A DNA stretch of 64,000 bases from an uncultured Planctomycetaceae bacterium. Its GTDB lineage: Bacteria > Planctomycetota > Phycisphaerae > SM23-33. This document shows, in pieces, positions 28,747 through 39,294 of this stretch. The stretch spans positions 18,020 through 82,019 of the forward strand of contig CAYNZP010000009.1 of NCBI GenBank assembly GCA_964401835.1, read 5' to 3'. Position numbers and translations under genes: made by a program. Every line of letters starts with the position of its first letter. The first letter of the stretch is position 1. The notes under the pieces were generated by a model. It was not told the DNA's origin, did no database searches, and saw only the letters and a program-made list of their open reading frames with translations.

Positions 28747-29874
28747 CTACCACTTCAATTTAAGCGTAGCCAGCGCCAGTGCGGCGAAAATAAGACCCAT
28801 AACCCAGAAACGAATCACCACCTTGGACTCCGACCAGCCGCCCAGGTGGAAATGATGATGTAGCGGAGCACACCGGAAAAGCCTCTTACCATCCATGCCG
28901 CCCGGTGATTTTGTCAGCTTGAAATAGCCAATCTGAAGCAGGACACTTACGGCTTCCATAACGAAAACACCGCCGGCAATCAGCAGAAGAAGTTCCTGCC
29001 GTGTAACAACAGCAATAAAACCGATAAGCCCGCCAAGCGGAAGCGAACCGGTATCACCCATGAAAACCTGGGCGGGATGCGCGTTGTACCACATGAAACC
29101 CACACAGGCACCGAGCATAGCTGCACACAGAACCGTCATCTCCGCTGAACCAGCTACCACGGGAAGTTCGAAAAAGCTCGCCCATTCTGAAACGCCAACT
29201 ATCCAGGAAATAAGCAAAAACACAGCCGCCACAATCGCAACCGAGCCGGTCGCAAGACCGTCCATGCCGTCAGTGAGATTTACCGCATTGCACGAACCGA
29301 CCATGGTCAGGATTGTAATTATCATGTAGACGATCATCGGTAGATAAAAATGCCAGCTTGTAAACGGCAGATAAAAACTGTGGGCGGGATTAACCACCTC
29401 GCCTGTAGAGTCGACGATTGTGCTTTGGCTGCCGTATTGGCGGATGAAAATCGAGAGCAAAACGGCCAGACCAATCTGGAAAATGATTTTTTCCCACATT
29501 TTCAATCCGTCGCGAGAGCCCGTCCCAGCCGAGAAACGCAACTTGAGCCAATCGTCGATAGCGCCCAACACTCCCAGCCAAACAAGAGCGACAAAGGCCA
29601 TGCGAATGTACATGTTGAAAATGTTTGCGAACAACAAAATGGAAATAAAAATCGCGATTACGATCAATGCCCCGCCCATTGTCGGAGTGTTTGACTTGCT
29701 GCGAGTCAGTTCGTTGAGGTCGGCGTGGTTAAATTCCGGCTTGTCACCGACTTTGCTGCGAATCAGAAAGCGGATCATGCGAGGAGCCAGTAAAACGACT
29801 ATGAGAAAACTCACCACTGCCGCACCGACAATCCGCAGTATCAAACCTGTATAGCCAAGAAGCCAATAAACCAC
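28747..29874 (-). CDS. mraY: Phospho-N-acetylmuramoyl-pentapeptide transferase MraY
   Basis: MraY motifs (NAVNLTDGMDGLA, FMGDTGSL). Confidence 0.9.
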   Translation of the reverse strand: MVYWLLGYTGLILRIVGAAVVSFLIVVLLAPRMIRFLIRSKVGDKPEFNHADLNELTRSKSNTPTMGGALIVIAIFISILLFANIFNMYIRMAFVALVWLGVLGAIDDWLKLRFSAGTGSRDGLKMWEKIIFQIGLAVLLSIFIRQYGSQSTIVDSTGEVVNPAHSFYLPFTSWHFYLPMIVYMIITILTMVGSCNAVNLTDGMDGLATGSVAIVAAVFLLISWIVGVSEWASFFELPVVAGSAEMTVLCAAMLGACVGFMWYNAHPAQVFMGDTGSLPLGGLIGFIAVVTRQELLLLIAGGVFVMEAVSVLLQIGYFKLTKSPGGMDGKRLFRCAPLHHHFHLGGWSESKVVIRFWVMGLIFAALALATLKLKW

Positions 29875-29992
29875 AGCTTATTTCCTGTAATACCTAGAGT
29901 CCCTAACAAAATCTCGCGCTAGCCGCGTTTGGCCCAAAATCGAATGGCTACAAGGCGACGGCGACGACGCCATACCTTGATGGTATGGCGAG

Positions 29993-30168
29993 GAGTCGCA
30001 ACGTAGCAGACATCGATTTTCGGCCAAACCCTACGGGACGCAGCCCTTTTGTCCGCATACGGCGTCGCTCGAAAGTCAATGATGCCACAGGCATCGTATC
30101 CTCCTCGCTCCTTGCCTGCGAACAAAAAATCTGGCGTCGCGGCCGCGGGAGGTTTTGTTAGGGGCTCT
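29993..30168 (-). repeat. Conserved ~177-bp intergenic repeat, copy B (inverted relative to copy A)
   Basis: Reverse complement matches 8244-8420 almost base for base. Lies between mraY and murF inside the dcw operon. Confidence 0.85.
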
Positions 30169-31546
30169 CACTCAAAAAGGCCCGGCGGATCGGCTCGATA
30201 AGCCTTTCCATCTCCATGGCCCTGGAACCCTTAATTAAAACAGTATCGCCCTTGCATAGCAATTCGGCAATACCTTCGCAGGCAAATTGAACGGAGTCAA
30301 ACACCTGTGCCCGCAGACCAGCTTGTTGTGCTCCCTTGGCGATATATCGACCTAGAGGCCCTACTGATATGAGAAAATCGACCTGGCGTTTTGCGATATT
30401 CTCGCCCAGTTTCTCGTGCAGAACCTCAGCCGCCGACCCGAGCTCGAGCATATCGCCGAGGACTGCGACCTTTCGAGTTGTTTGGCAATCGGCCAGGACA
30501 TCGACCGCAGCTGAAACGCTCGCTGGATTGGCATTGTAGGCGTCATTTATGACAGTAAGGCCGTCAAGGCCAATCCACTCAAGGCGCATATCCACACCGT
30601 CAAAATCTTTCAGGGCTTCGGCTGCTTCCTCTTGGCTAAAACCAAAACGCTGGGCAACGGCAATGGCAGCCAGGGCATTCATGGCGTTGTGCTTGCCGGG
30701 CAAGGGTAGATCGACCCAGAAGCGGCCGTTGACCTGAAAACGGCAATTTCGACCTTGAGATTCATAACCGCTCAGCCGCAAATCTGCATTTTTACTCTTG
30801 CCGAAACGGACAAATTTCGCCTTATGGCTACGCAAAACCAGATTTAGCTCTTCACTATCGGCAAACACTACGGCAAAACCGCTTTTCTCAAGTGAGCCGA
30901 CAAGCGACGCCTTCTCGATTGCCACATTCTGCAAATCGCCAAAGCCTTCAAGATGCGAAGGACCAATGCAGGTTACAACGGTGATGTCCGGCTGGGATAT
31001 CTTTCCAAGCGAAGCTATCTCTCCCGGAGCGTTCGAGCCTATCTCGCAGACGACATAATCGTCTCCGGGATTTATACCCAGCAGTGTCAATGGTACCCCG
31101 ATTTCATTGTTGAAACTCTTGGGGCTGCACGAACCGGTAAGCCGCTTGGAAAGAATATGATGAATTAACCGTTTGACCGTCGTCTTGCCGTTTGAACCGG
31201 TAACGCCAACCACTCTCGCCGACGAAAGCTTGCGATTATAACAGCCCAGGTCTCCCAGAGCTTCAACGGTATCTCCTACACCGATTAGCCCACCTGTGAA
31301 AAGCTTTGTAACATCTGGCGGAGGTTCTCTATCACGGCGGATAATACCCGCAACCGCGCCAGCTTTGGCAGCCGGAGCGAGGAAGCCATGACCGTCGAAG
31401 TTATCTCCTTCAATGGCCAGAAAAAGATCGCCTTTTTTTGTCGTTCTACTGTCAGTAGAGATGTTATTGACGGTAATATCGCTGGAATTGGCCAGCCATC
31501 TGCCGCGTGTCGCGCGGCGAATTTCCTCTAAACTGACCGGCTTCAT
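30158..31546 (-). CDS. murF: UDP-MurNAc-tripeptide D-Ala-D-Ala ligase MurF
   Basis: Mur ligase domains (GVTGSNGKTT). Confidence 0.85.
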   Translation of the reverse strand: MKPVSLEEIRRATRGRWLANSSDITVNNISTDSRTTKKGDLFLAIEGDNFDGHGFLAPAAKAGAVAGIIRRDREPPPDVTKLFTGGLIGVGDTVEALGDLGCYNRKLSSARVVGVTGSNGKTTVKRLIHHILSKRLTGSCSPKSFNNEIGVPLTLLGINPGDDYVVCEIGSNAPGEIASLGKISQPDITVVTCIGPSHLEGFGDLQNVAIEKASLVGSLEKSGFAVVFADSEELNLVLRSHKAKFVRFGKSKNADLRLSGYESQGRNCRFQVNGRFWVDLPLPGKHNAMNALAAIAVAQRFGFSQEEAAEALKDFDGVDMRLEWIGLDGLTVINDAYNANPASVSAAVDVLADCQTTRKVAVLGDMLELGSAAEVLHEKLGENIAKRQVDFLISVGPLGRYIAKGAQQAGLRAQVFDSVQFACEGIAELLCKGDTVLIKGSRAMEMERLIEPIRRAFLSESP

Positions 31547-33012
31547 TTCATCCCCTCCCTGCCGCGTATTGCTTCACTGGCGACCTCGACATCGTCAAAA
31601 TGAATTCGCTGGCTGCCAAGAATTTGGTAATCCTCGTGTCCCTTGCCGGCGATTAAAACAACGTCACCATCGCTCGCAGAATTAACAGCCGATTCTATCG
31701 CCTCGCGTCTATCGGGAATGATTTTAGAGCGGGCCGAACCCTCTTGCGAAAAACCTGCAACAATCTCATCGATTATCGCCTGCGGCTGCTCGGTTCGTGG
31801 ATTATCGGAGGTAACGAAGATTAAATCGGCCAATTCTTCTGCCTTTGCAGCCATTCTGGGGCGTTTGGACCTGTCACGGTCGCCGCCGCAGCCGAAGACA
31901 ACTATAAGCCTGCCGGCTGTAATATCACGAACCGCACGAAGCACATTTTCCAGTGCATCGTCAGTGTGGGCATAATCTACGAAAACTTTATATGGCGCCG
32001 GCACATTCACCCTCTGCAGCCGCCCGGGCACACAATCCACCTTCTCAAGTGCAGCAGAAATTACAGAAAGCTCAACCCCAACAGCACTGCACACCGCTGC
32101 TGCTGCAAGGCAATTCAGGATATTGTGTTTCCCAATCAGTGGGGTGCAGATTAATTCTTCTTTACCGTCTATACGAAGCTTGAAGCGAGTTGACCCGGCA
32201 TCCATCTTTTCTATTCGGGCAGAAATTTCGGTTCCGTCTGCGAGGCTGTACCACTTAACCGTCGCGGCTGTCGAATCTGCTATGGACTTTGCTGCCGAGT
32301 CGCTGCGGTTCAGCACAGCTACGGCGCTGGAATCCAAATTTATAAAAAGCTCGCGCTTGGCTGCCAGATACTGCTCCATGGTCTGGTGATAATCCAGATG
32401 ATCGCCGGTAAGGTTTGTAAAAACGCCGACATTAAAGTCAATACCAGCCGTTCTGTGCTGGTCGAGGGCATGCGATGAAACCTCCATGACCAGATGAGAT
32501 TTACCAGCCTGGACCATCTCAGCTGCCATCTGTGCCAACAGAATCGGATCGGGTGTTGTCGCACCGGCTGGAAGTTGCCTTTTGCCGGTATCGTAGGCGA
32601 TGGTCCCCAACAATCCGGGGCAGTGGCCTGCCTTGGTCAAGACAGCCTTGATAAGATGGGCTACGGTTGTTTTTCCGTTTGTCCCGGTAACACCAATATT
32701 GACTAACTTTTTCGCGGGAAAGTCGAAAAACGCCTGTCCCAACAAACCAGCTGTGGGTCTGCTTTGCTTGACCACCGCACAGGCTAACCCATCAGGAATG
32801 TTTGAATCATCTTCACAGACAATCGCACAGCAACCAGCCGAGATCGCATCGGAAATGAACTTATGGCCATCTACATCGAAACCCCGAACCGCAATAAAAC
32901 AACTGCCCCGCTCAATGCACCTCGAATCGGACGCAAGGGCAGAAACCTCCGCATCGCCCTTTCGTCTTATAATATCGATATCAGCTCTTTTTAGAAGCTC
33001 GGAAAAAAGCAT
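31543..33012 (-). CDS. murE: UDP-MurNAc-L-Ala-D-Glu:meso-DAP ligase MurE
   Basis: Mur ligase (GVTGTNGKTT, DNPR). Start uncertain: the ORF extends to 33108, but an internal Met is more plausible. Confidence 0.85.
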   Translation of the reverse strand: MLFSELLKRADIDIIRRKGDAEVSALASDSRCIERGSCFIAVRGFDVDGHKFISDAISAGCCAIVCEDDSNIPDGLACAVVKQSRPTAGLLGQAFFDFPAKKLVNIGVTGTNGKTTVAHLIKAVLTKAGHCPGLLGTIAYDTGKRQLPAGATTPDPILLAQMAAEMVQAGKSHLVMEVSSHALDQHRTAGIDFNVGVFTNLTGDHLDYHQTMEQYLAAKRELFINLDSSAVAVLNRSDSAAKSIADSTAATVKWYSLADGTEISARIEKMDAGSTRFKLRIDGKEELICTPLIGKHNILNCLAAAAVCSAVGVELSVISAALEKVDCVPGRLQRVNVPAPYKVFVDYAHTDDALENVLRAVRDITAGRLIVVFGCGGDRDRSKRPRMAAKAEELADLIFVTSDNPRTEQPQAIIDEIVAGFSQEGSARSKIIPDRREAIESAVNSASDGDVVLIAGKGHEDYQILGSQRIHFDDVEVASEAIRGREGMK

Positions 33013-33104
33013 CGCAATATTATGCCGAAAAATACCGAAAAATGCTGAAAAAAACATTCGCTGAAAACCAAAAACTTGAAATGCAGGCTTCAACAGCGGG
33101 TTAA

Positions 33105-34844
33105 TCATTGATTCAGACTGAAATCCATTTTTTTATCCGGCGGCACTTCCATGTATGTCAGGGCTTTTTCCAGAACTTCCCTGACATAAGGTGCCGCCAC
33201 GACCGAACCATAGTAACCCTTGGAACGGTCCGGCCAGTAAATCGAAATAATACACATCAATTTCGTATCGTTAACCGGAGCGCCTCCAATGAACGTGCCG
33301 ACATAAGCGCCTTCGGTATAGCCGCCTATTCCCGGTATCTGGGCTGTGCCGGTTTTACCGAAGCTGGTCCAGCCCTCCATTTGACATTTCGCTCCCGTGC
33401 CCCGCTCGACGACCTGTGCAAGCACCGCTACGCTCTGGGCTGCGGTCGATGTTGTTAGCACTCGCTTAACAACCTCACGCTTCGACTGGAAAATCACTCG
33501 TCCTTTTGAATCCGTAACATGGTCGATTAATTGCGGCTTGAGCAGAAGGCCGCCATTTGCCAGAGACGAAAACGCCATGGCCAACTGAACAGTTGTTGCG
33601 GACATTTCCTGGCCGAAAGGCACTCGCCGCAAACTATAGCCATCCCATTTGACCAGCGGACGAATAATGCCCCTGCTCTCTGCGGGCAGTTCTATGCCGG
33701 TTTGCTGGCCAAACCCGAACCTACCCAGTATCTCGTATTGTCTTTCATCTCCCAGCAGTTCGCCAACTTTGGCCATGCCTATATTGCTGGAAAGGACCAG
33801 GACATCTTCGAGCGAGAGATATCCATATTTCTTGCCGTGGTCGGTAATCCGTCCGCCTCGGTGTGCCCTATATTCGCCGTTTTCACAAAATACCTGTGTC
33901 GCATAATCGATTAAACCGTAATCGACGGCAGCTGCGGCGAATATCGGTTTAACGGCACTTCCCGGTTCGTAAGGAAGACAAATCGCTTTGTTTGTTCGGG
34001 ATGACGGAGTTGAATTGTTAAATTCGTTGGGGTCAAAGTTCGGAAACGAGGTCATCGCCAGGATATCGCCGGTCTGCGGATTTACAACAATTCCGGTGCC
34101 CCACTTTGCCTCATACCTTTCAACCGACTCTGCCAAGGCGTCCTGAAGATAGCCTTGAATAACGGCATCGAGAGTAAGATAAATATTATTGCCGTCTTTG
34201 GGTAATTTGCTTTCGTTGAGAAGCGGCCAGATTGGCCTTCGCCGGGCGTCAGCGCGGACAACTCGGCGGCCATGTGAGGCTAGCAGCAATTTCTCCTGAC
34301 TCAATTCCAGCCCGCCGCCACCGACGCCATCGCTTCTACAAAAACCCATCATCGTCGATGCAAGTTCGGCATTGGGATATTCCCTTCGCCACAAATGGTT
34401 CACTTTAACCGAGCGTAATTTCAAGTCCCGAATCGCCTGAGCCTGCTCGGCCGAGATATCCTTCGACAGCCAGACAAAACCCTTGTCCCTGCGTGCGACA
34501 ATTTTATCCTGCAGAACCCTGGGGTCGATGCCGAGAACTTCGGAGACCTTTATGGCGACATCGTCAAGCTGCGAGTCGCTCATGATTGAAGGATCGCCGT
34601 AGCAACCGGGAATCTGCTTGCTGCCGGCTAGCAGAACGTAATTACTCCTGGCCTTGGCGAAGATATTGCCCCGCCTGGCCGGTAGCGGAATAACCATTTT
34701 CTGCTGGCGGCGGGTCATTTGGATTGCTTCGGATTGATTTGTGCGAATAAGGAAAGCAAGCCTGACGCATAAGGCGAGCATCGCCAATATCACCAGGCCA
34801 AATACAATTTCAAACCACCATCGTCCAGGACCGCTCTGTTTCAT
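33105..34844 (-). CDS. ftsI: Class B penicillin-binding protein FtsI (transpeptidase)
   Basis: SAVK, SSN and KTGTA motifs. N-terminal TM. Confidence 0.85.
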   Translation of the reverse strand: MKQSGPGRWWFEIVFGLVILAMLALCVRLAFLIRTNQSEAIQMTRRQQKMVIPLPARRGNIFAKARSNYVLLAGSKQIPGCYGDPSIMSDSQLDDVAIKVSEVLGIDPRVLQDKIVARRDKGFVWLSKDISAEQAQAIRDLKLRSVKVNHLWRREYPNAELASTMMGFCRSDGVGGGGLELSQEKLLLASHGRRVVRADARRRPIWPLLNESKLPKDGNNIYLTLDAVIQGYLQDALAESVERYEAKWGTGIVVNPQTGDILAMTSFPNFDPNEFNNSTPSSRTNKAICLPYEPGSAVKPIFAAAAVDYGLIDYATQVFCENGEYRAHRGGRITDHGKKYGYLSLEDVLVLSSNIGMAKVGELLGDERQYEILGRFGFGQQTGIELPAESRGIIRPLVKWDGYSLRRVPFGQEMSATTVQLAMAFSSLANGGLLLKPQLIDHVTDSKGRVIFQSKREVVKRVLTTSTAAQSVAVLAQVVERGTGAKCQMEGWTSFGKTGTAQIPGIGGYTEGAYVGTFIGGAPVNDTKLMCIISIYWPDRSKGYYGSVVAAPYVREVLEKALTYMEVPPDKKMDFSLNQ

Positions 34845-35092
34845 GGCACCGCCGGCTCGTAACGAAGAGACATCTCATGCTGATCGGCGTGGCGGTGAAG
34901 TTCCGCTGGGGCCAAGAGCTTTCCATATCGGACCTGCTGGTCCCAAAGCTTGCGGCGGAGTTTTATCTGCTGGGTTTGTAACCGCTGGATTTCGTGGCGA
35001 ATGGCGATTTCCTGACGCCGGATATGGATAAGGCCCAAAGCCAACCCAGCCATCAGTGCTATGATCATCGCTATCCGCACGAAAAACTCCAA
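34841..35092 (-). CDS. ftsL: FtsL-like cell-division protein
   Basis: 83 aa, TM plus coiled coil. 4-nt overlap with ftsI. Confidence 0.55.
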   Translation of the reverse strand: MEFFVRIAMIIALMAGLALGLIHIRRQEIAIRHEIQRLQTQQIKLRRKLWDQQVRYGKLLAPAELHRHADQHEMSLRYEPAVP

Positions 35093-35113
35093 CTTCCCTA
35101 AGGCAATATGGTT

Positions 35114-35986
35114 TTAGATAGGTATCTCCAGCTCCATGCCAACCTGCAACGAATCAGGGTCGCTGAGCTTGTCTTTATTCGACTGATAAATCTTCATAAT
35201 CGCATTATGAGAATCGTCCTTCAAAACCTTGCGGGCGATTTTTGTAAGATTATCGCCCTGGCGTACGACGTAAACCCGCCTGCTCTTTTGGGCAGTGGTT
35301 TTATTGCTCTTTTCCTGGCCAAAATGCTGGCTTAGCTGGTCCAGCGTCAGTTCCTGATAGTTTTTCTTTGGCCCAGCAGAGCGGGCAGCTAGAAGGTGCC
35401 TTGTTGGAGTTCCGCTTTTTTCCAAGGCCGGAATAACCAACTTCTGGCCGACCATCAGCGAATGTTCATTGGACAATTTATCCCTGTTGGCCTGGAAGAT
35501 TCTTTTGTACTCGTTGCTGCGTGCCCTGCCATAGACCCTTGAAGCAATCTTGATAAGTGAATCATTTTCCCGCACGACATAAGTTGAATTCTTCGAGTTT
35601 TGCAGGCTCTTTTGCGCTGTAGGCAATTGTGCGGTTTTATTTTCGAGACGGTTGAGTCTGGAATCCACTATCTGGTTAACATTTCTGGAATCATTCGGTG
35701 CTACCAACTCAGACTTTACGATTTCAACTTCCTTCTCATCCCGGATCAGATAACTTTTTGTCGGCCTGTCTGCACTGAGGCTGACCGACTTGAACTCAGT
35801 ATACCGAGAAACAGGCTGTATAGGTTCCCCCGCGGGCATACGCTCAACATAAGCAACTTGAGGAATTTCCTCTTCACCAGTGCTGTTCAAAGATGTGTGC
35901 GTGCCAGTTAAGTCGCTGAGGATGAGTCCAAACATTACTATGAACATCAACCCTACCAGCAGTCCGATCCTTGTTTCTCTTGTCAT
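35114..35986 (-). CDS. Membrane-anchored double-LysM-domain protein
   Basis: N-terminal TM and two LysM repeats (YVVRENDSLIKIA...LVIP; YVVRQGDNLTKIA...LEIP). Confidence 0.7.
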   Translation of the reverse strand: MTRETRIGLLVGLMFIVMFGLILSDLTGTHTSLNSTGEEEIPQVAYVERMPAGEPIQPVSRYTEFKSVSLSADRPTKSYLIRDEKEVEIVKSELVAPNDSRNVNQIVDSRLNRLENKTAQLPTAQKSLQNSKNSTYVVRENDSLIKIASRVYGRARSNEYKRIFQANRDKLSNEHSLMVGQKLVIPALEKSGTPTRHLLAARSAGPKKNYQELTLDQLSQHFGQEKSNKTTAQKSRRVYVVRQGDNLTKIARKVLKDDSHNAIMKIYQSNKDKLSDPDSLQVGMELEIPI

Positions 35987-36022
35987 TATTCCGGCTCCAT
36001 CCAGATATATGCTGATACTTTT

Positions 36023-36928
36023 TTAGCCCAACCACTCTAAAACACGGAGCTTTGCGGATCGTGATCTCGGATTGGATTCGATCTCCGCATCTGATGCTGT
36101 TATCGGCTTCCTGGTCAAAATTTCTGCACTCCCGGAGGCCTTAAATTCCGCGAATTTATGTTTAACTCGTCTGTCTTCCAACGAATGAAAACTAATGATC
36201 CCTGCCCGAGCGCCGGTAGTGAGCAATTTGGGAAGCGCTTCCAGCAGTTTTTCGAGGCTTCCCAGCTCATCGTTAACCGCAATCCGCAATGCCTGGAACG
36301 TCCGCGTTGCCGGGTGCACACCACGGCGTGACCTGCGGACAGGAGCCGGCATTGCTCCGTAAACAATCTGTGCAAGCTCTGCCGTCCGCTCCAGCCGTGC
36401 TTTCGACCTGGCTGCAACGATAGCTTTTGCGATTCTTCTGCTGAACCGTTCCTCGCCGAAGTTATAAATAATGTCGGCGAGTTCCTTTTCGCCCAGATTA
36501 TTGACCAGGTCCGCAGCGGTAGTTTCGATGCTGTCATCCAGCCGCATATCAAGCGGCCCGTCCGCAGAAAAACTCAAACCGCGGGTAGGGTCGTCCAGCT
36601 GAGTCGATGCTACACCAAGGTCGGCCAAAAGCAGATCGACTTTATTCACCTCAGCCTGACTCAGGACGGTTTCAACTTCGGAAAAATTGGCCTGAAACAG
36701 TCTTACCCTTTCGGAAAATTGCCCCAAACGCTCTTTGGCGATGCGTAGATTTCCTTCATCAACATCGATTCCGATTAATTGGGAATTTTCACCTGCTGCT
36801 TCAAGTAGTGCCTGGCTATGTCCGCCCAGGCCAGCAGTGCAATCCAATAGAACTGACCGCCCCCGTGGAGCCAGTAGCTCCAGAACCTCATCCAATAGTA
36901 CCGGCTGGTGGCCGTTTGGGTTTTCCAT
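36023..36928 (-). CDS. rsmH: 16S rRNA (cytosine1402-N4)-methyltransferase RsmH/MraW
   Basis: HQPVLLDEV...DCTAGLGGHS motifs. Confidence 0.9.
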   Translation of the reverse strand: MENPNGHQPVLLDEVLELLAPRGRSVLLDCTAGLGGHSQALLEAAGENSQLIGIDVDEGNLRIAKERLGQFSERVRLFQANFSEVETVLSQAEVNKVDLLLADLGVASTQLDDPTRGLSFSADGPLDMRLDDSIETTAADLVNNLGEKELADIIYNFGEERFSRRIAKAIVAARSKARLERTAELAQIVYGAMPAPVRRSRRGVHPATRTFQALRIAVNDELGSLEKLLEALPKLLTTGARAGIISFHSLEDRRVKHKFAEFKASGSAEILTRKPITASDAEIESNPRSRSAKLRVLEWLG

Positions 36929-36943
36929 AGAAAATCAGCCGTC

Positions 36944-37219
36944 TTAGATAGTCACCGGAACTTTTTCATTCGCCAATGCTGCAACTGCAGACTCACTAAG
37001 TTCAACCCGGGCATACTCGTCTCCCAACGCCTGAATGCGGTCCAGACGTCTTGCTAAGTTCAGCAGGCGCTGCCGATTTCCATCACTAAGTTTCGATGGT
37101 TCCGCAAGCTGCCGCCGCAATTCCGCCAAGCTCAACTTGGGGCATCCTTGCCTGCCTCGTTGACTGGTTCTGGCTTGCTGAGAGACGAGCATGTTCGACT
37201 CCTTTCGCACCGGGGCCAA
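36944..37219 (-). CDS. Hypothetical small protein between mraZ and rsmH
   Basis: ORF only. Confidence 0.3.
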   Translation of the reverse strand: MAPVRKESNMLVSQQARTSQRGRQGCPKLSLAELRRQLAEPSKLSDGNRQRLLNLARRLDRIQALGDEYARVELSESAVAALANEKVPVTI

Positions 37220-37247
37220 TATTTTCTTTGACCGGTATATTTACTTT

Positions 37248-37718
37248 TTATTCGTTTGTGGCATCCGAGGTGTTAACGCGTTCGGAAGCTTCGTAAAGGA
37301 CCTCTCCATAGGTCGGCAAAGCTTCCTCTACATGGCGTTCCCAATCCTCACTAGGCCAAAGTTCAATATGGTCGTAAATGCCGACCAGAGTAACTCGCTT
37401 GTCGATGACCGCCCGCTGCATCGATTTTTCCGGCAGGACGACCCTGCCCTGTGAATCCGACTTGACCAGACGCGCCATCGCAAAAAGCAAATCTATCTTC
37501 CGCGTCTGCCTGTCGGGGAGCGGGCTTCGCTTCAACGTCGCCAAAAGGCGGCGATAGTACTTATCCGGATAAAGCCATAAGTGACGGTCCGGGCCCAAGA
37601 CTAAAACGAAGTTATCTCCGTCTTCGTTTGGCTCGATCTGTTCGCGAAGTGAAGCATTGATCGCCAGCCTGTGCTTGGCGTCAATCGTCGCTTCAAATTC
37701 CCCGATCAAAAGTGCCAT
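37248..37718 (-). CDS. mraZ: Transcriptional regulator MraZ
   Basis: Duplicated MraZ motifs (IDAKHRLAI; DSQGRVVLP). Confidence 0.85.
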   Translation of the reverse strand: MALLIGEFEATIDAKHRLAINASLREQIEPNEDGDNFVLVLGPDRHLWLYPDKYYRRLLATLKRSPLPDRQTRKIDLLFAMARLVKSDSQGRVVLPEKSMQRAVIDKRVTLVGIYDHIELWPSEDWERHVEEALPTYGEVLYEASERVNTSDATNE

Positions 37719-38000
37719 TCGGTGGTCCTTTCCGCCATTCAATGGGACAACAAGGGAAATTAAACCACCAATAGGGAAATCTGCAAGGAAATAATTTAAA
37801 AACCATAGGAAAACTTTATGTGATTAGACGCCGTAACCACTTGTCAGGTCATAAATTGAGTTCTAGAAACATAGTGGACACCATATGTTGTGGTTATGAG
37901 CAGTCCTGAGGAGATATGAAATTTCGGTTTTTTTCGAGAATTCGCCCTGCTCGGATGATCGGCAAGGTGGCTTTATTAACTTTAGGCTGATTTTTAAAAC

Positions 38001-39128
38001 TTAATCAGTCTGTTTGACTATTTTCTGATAAAGCTGTTCGTGAATTGCGATGTTGCTCTCGATGGAATATTTCTCAGCCACCCTTCGCCGTCCTGCCTGA
38101 CCGAGTTTTTGGCGCATGTCTGCATCTTCGCTGAGTTGATGGATTGCCTCTGCCAGGCCAACGACGTCCTTGCGGTCTATCAGGATTCCCGTTTCGCCAT
38201 CTTTGACAACATCACGCAAGCCGGGAACGCGCGTTGCTATTACTGGCAATCCCACTGCCATAGCCTCTGTCGCAGCCAGGCCGAAGCCCTCCCAGTTGCT
38301 GGGCATCGCTAAAATGTCAGCTGCACTCAGTAGTCCCTGAACATCCCGGGTAAAACCGAGCAGCCGGCAGTGCTTTCCGCCTTCGCCGTGAGAGATGAAG
38401 TTTTCGACAACAAACCTTCTCGGGCCTTCCCCTGCAATAACGATATTGACCGGATTACCCCTTGCACCCAAATGGCTCATAGCCCCGATAAGAGTATCTA
38501 TCCCCTTTTGCTTATTGAGACGGCCAACAGAAGCGACAAGTACTTCGCCGTTTTCGATGCCCCACTCCTGCCTTAATTCCCGCCGCCTGTTTTCATCACG
38601 TGTAAAAGCGTTCAGGTCGACACCGTTTTCTATCACTTCGTAGGAGCTTTTCGGCAGGCCGCTTCTGCGGGAATGATAATCGCGCACCGATTCGCTCACG
38701 CAGATTATCTTTTCGCAAAAATCTCCTGCGAATCTTGCAAAGGCAAACTGCCAAGGCCGAAACCGACCCTCGGCGACATGAACCGTATGAACCACATGCG
38801 GCACAGCTGCCAATCTCGCCGCGATTCGCCCGGCAAGGTCCCCATGGAACATATGAGTGTGGACGATGTCGAGGTTTTCTTCTCTCAGAATATCGGTAAG
38901 TTTGAACAACTTGCCAACATCCCACTTTCCCCTGACGCCAAGGTTCGTCACTTTTACGCCGGCCTTTTCCAGCCAGTCCGCTACCCTGCCTCCCTGCAGG
39001 CCGATTACCTGCACATCAAAACGCTCCTTGTCCAACCTGGTCGCCAGTTCATACACCACACGCTCGGCGCCGGCGGGCTCAAGCTCTGTTATCAGTTCAC
39101 AAACCCGGATTTTTCGTATATCTGCCAT
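38001..39128 (-). CDS. GT4-family glycosyltransferase
   Basis: GT-B fold, EGFGLAATEAMAVGLPVIAT motif. Confidence 0.8.
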   Translation of the reverse strand: MADIRKIRVCELITELEPAGAERVVYELATRLDKERFDVQVIGLQGGRVADWLEKAGVKVTNLGVRGKWDVGKLFKLTDILREENLDIVHTHMFHGDLAGRIAARLAAVPHVVHTVHVAEGRFRPWQFAFARFAGDFCEKIICVSESVRDYHSRRSGLPKSSYEVIENGVDLNAFTRDENRRRELRQEWGIENGEVLVASVGRLNKQKGIDTLIGAMSHLGARGNPVNIVIAGEGPRRFVVENFISHGEGGKHCRLLGFTRDVQGLLSAADILAMPSNWEGFGLAATEAMAVGLPVIATRVPGLRDVVKDGETGILIDRKDVVGLAEAIHQLSEDADMRQKLGQAGRRRVAEKYSIESNIAIHEQLYQKIVKQTD

Positions 39129-39294
39129 TTATTGAATTTCGTTTTACCAATGCAACCCGCCAGAAGCGGTTTGCAAGCTTGCAAACGCCACAAAATCAGG
39201 TCCTAAAGTTACATTTTAAATACGTATGCCTAAAAATATGATATTATCCGCGAGCTTTTTAATTAATCCACAAGCTTAATAAAGGATTTGGCCA

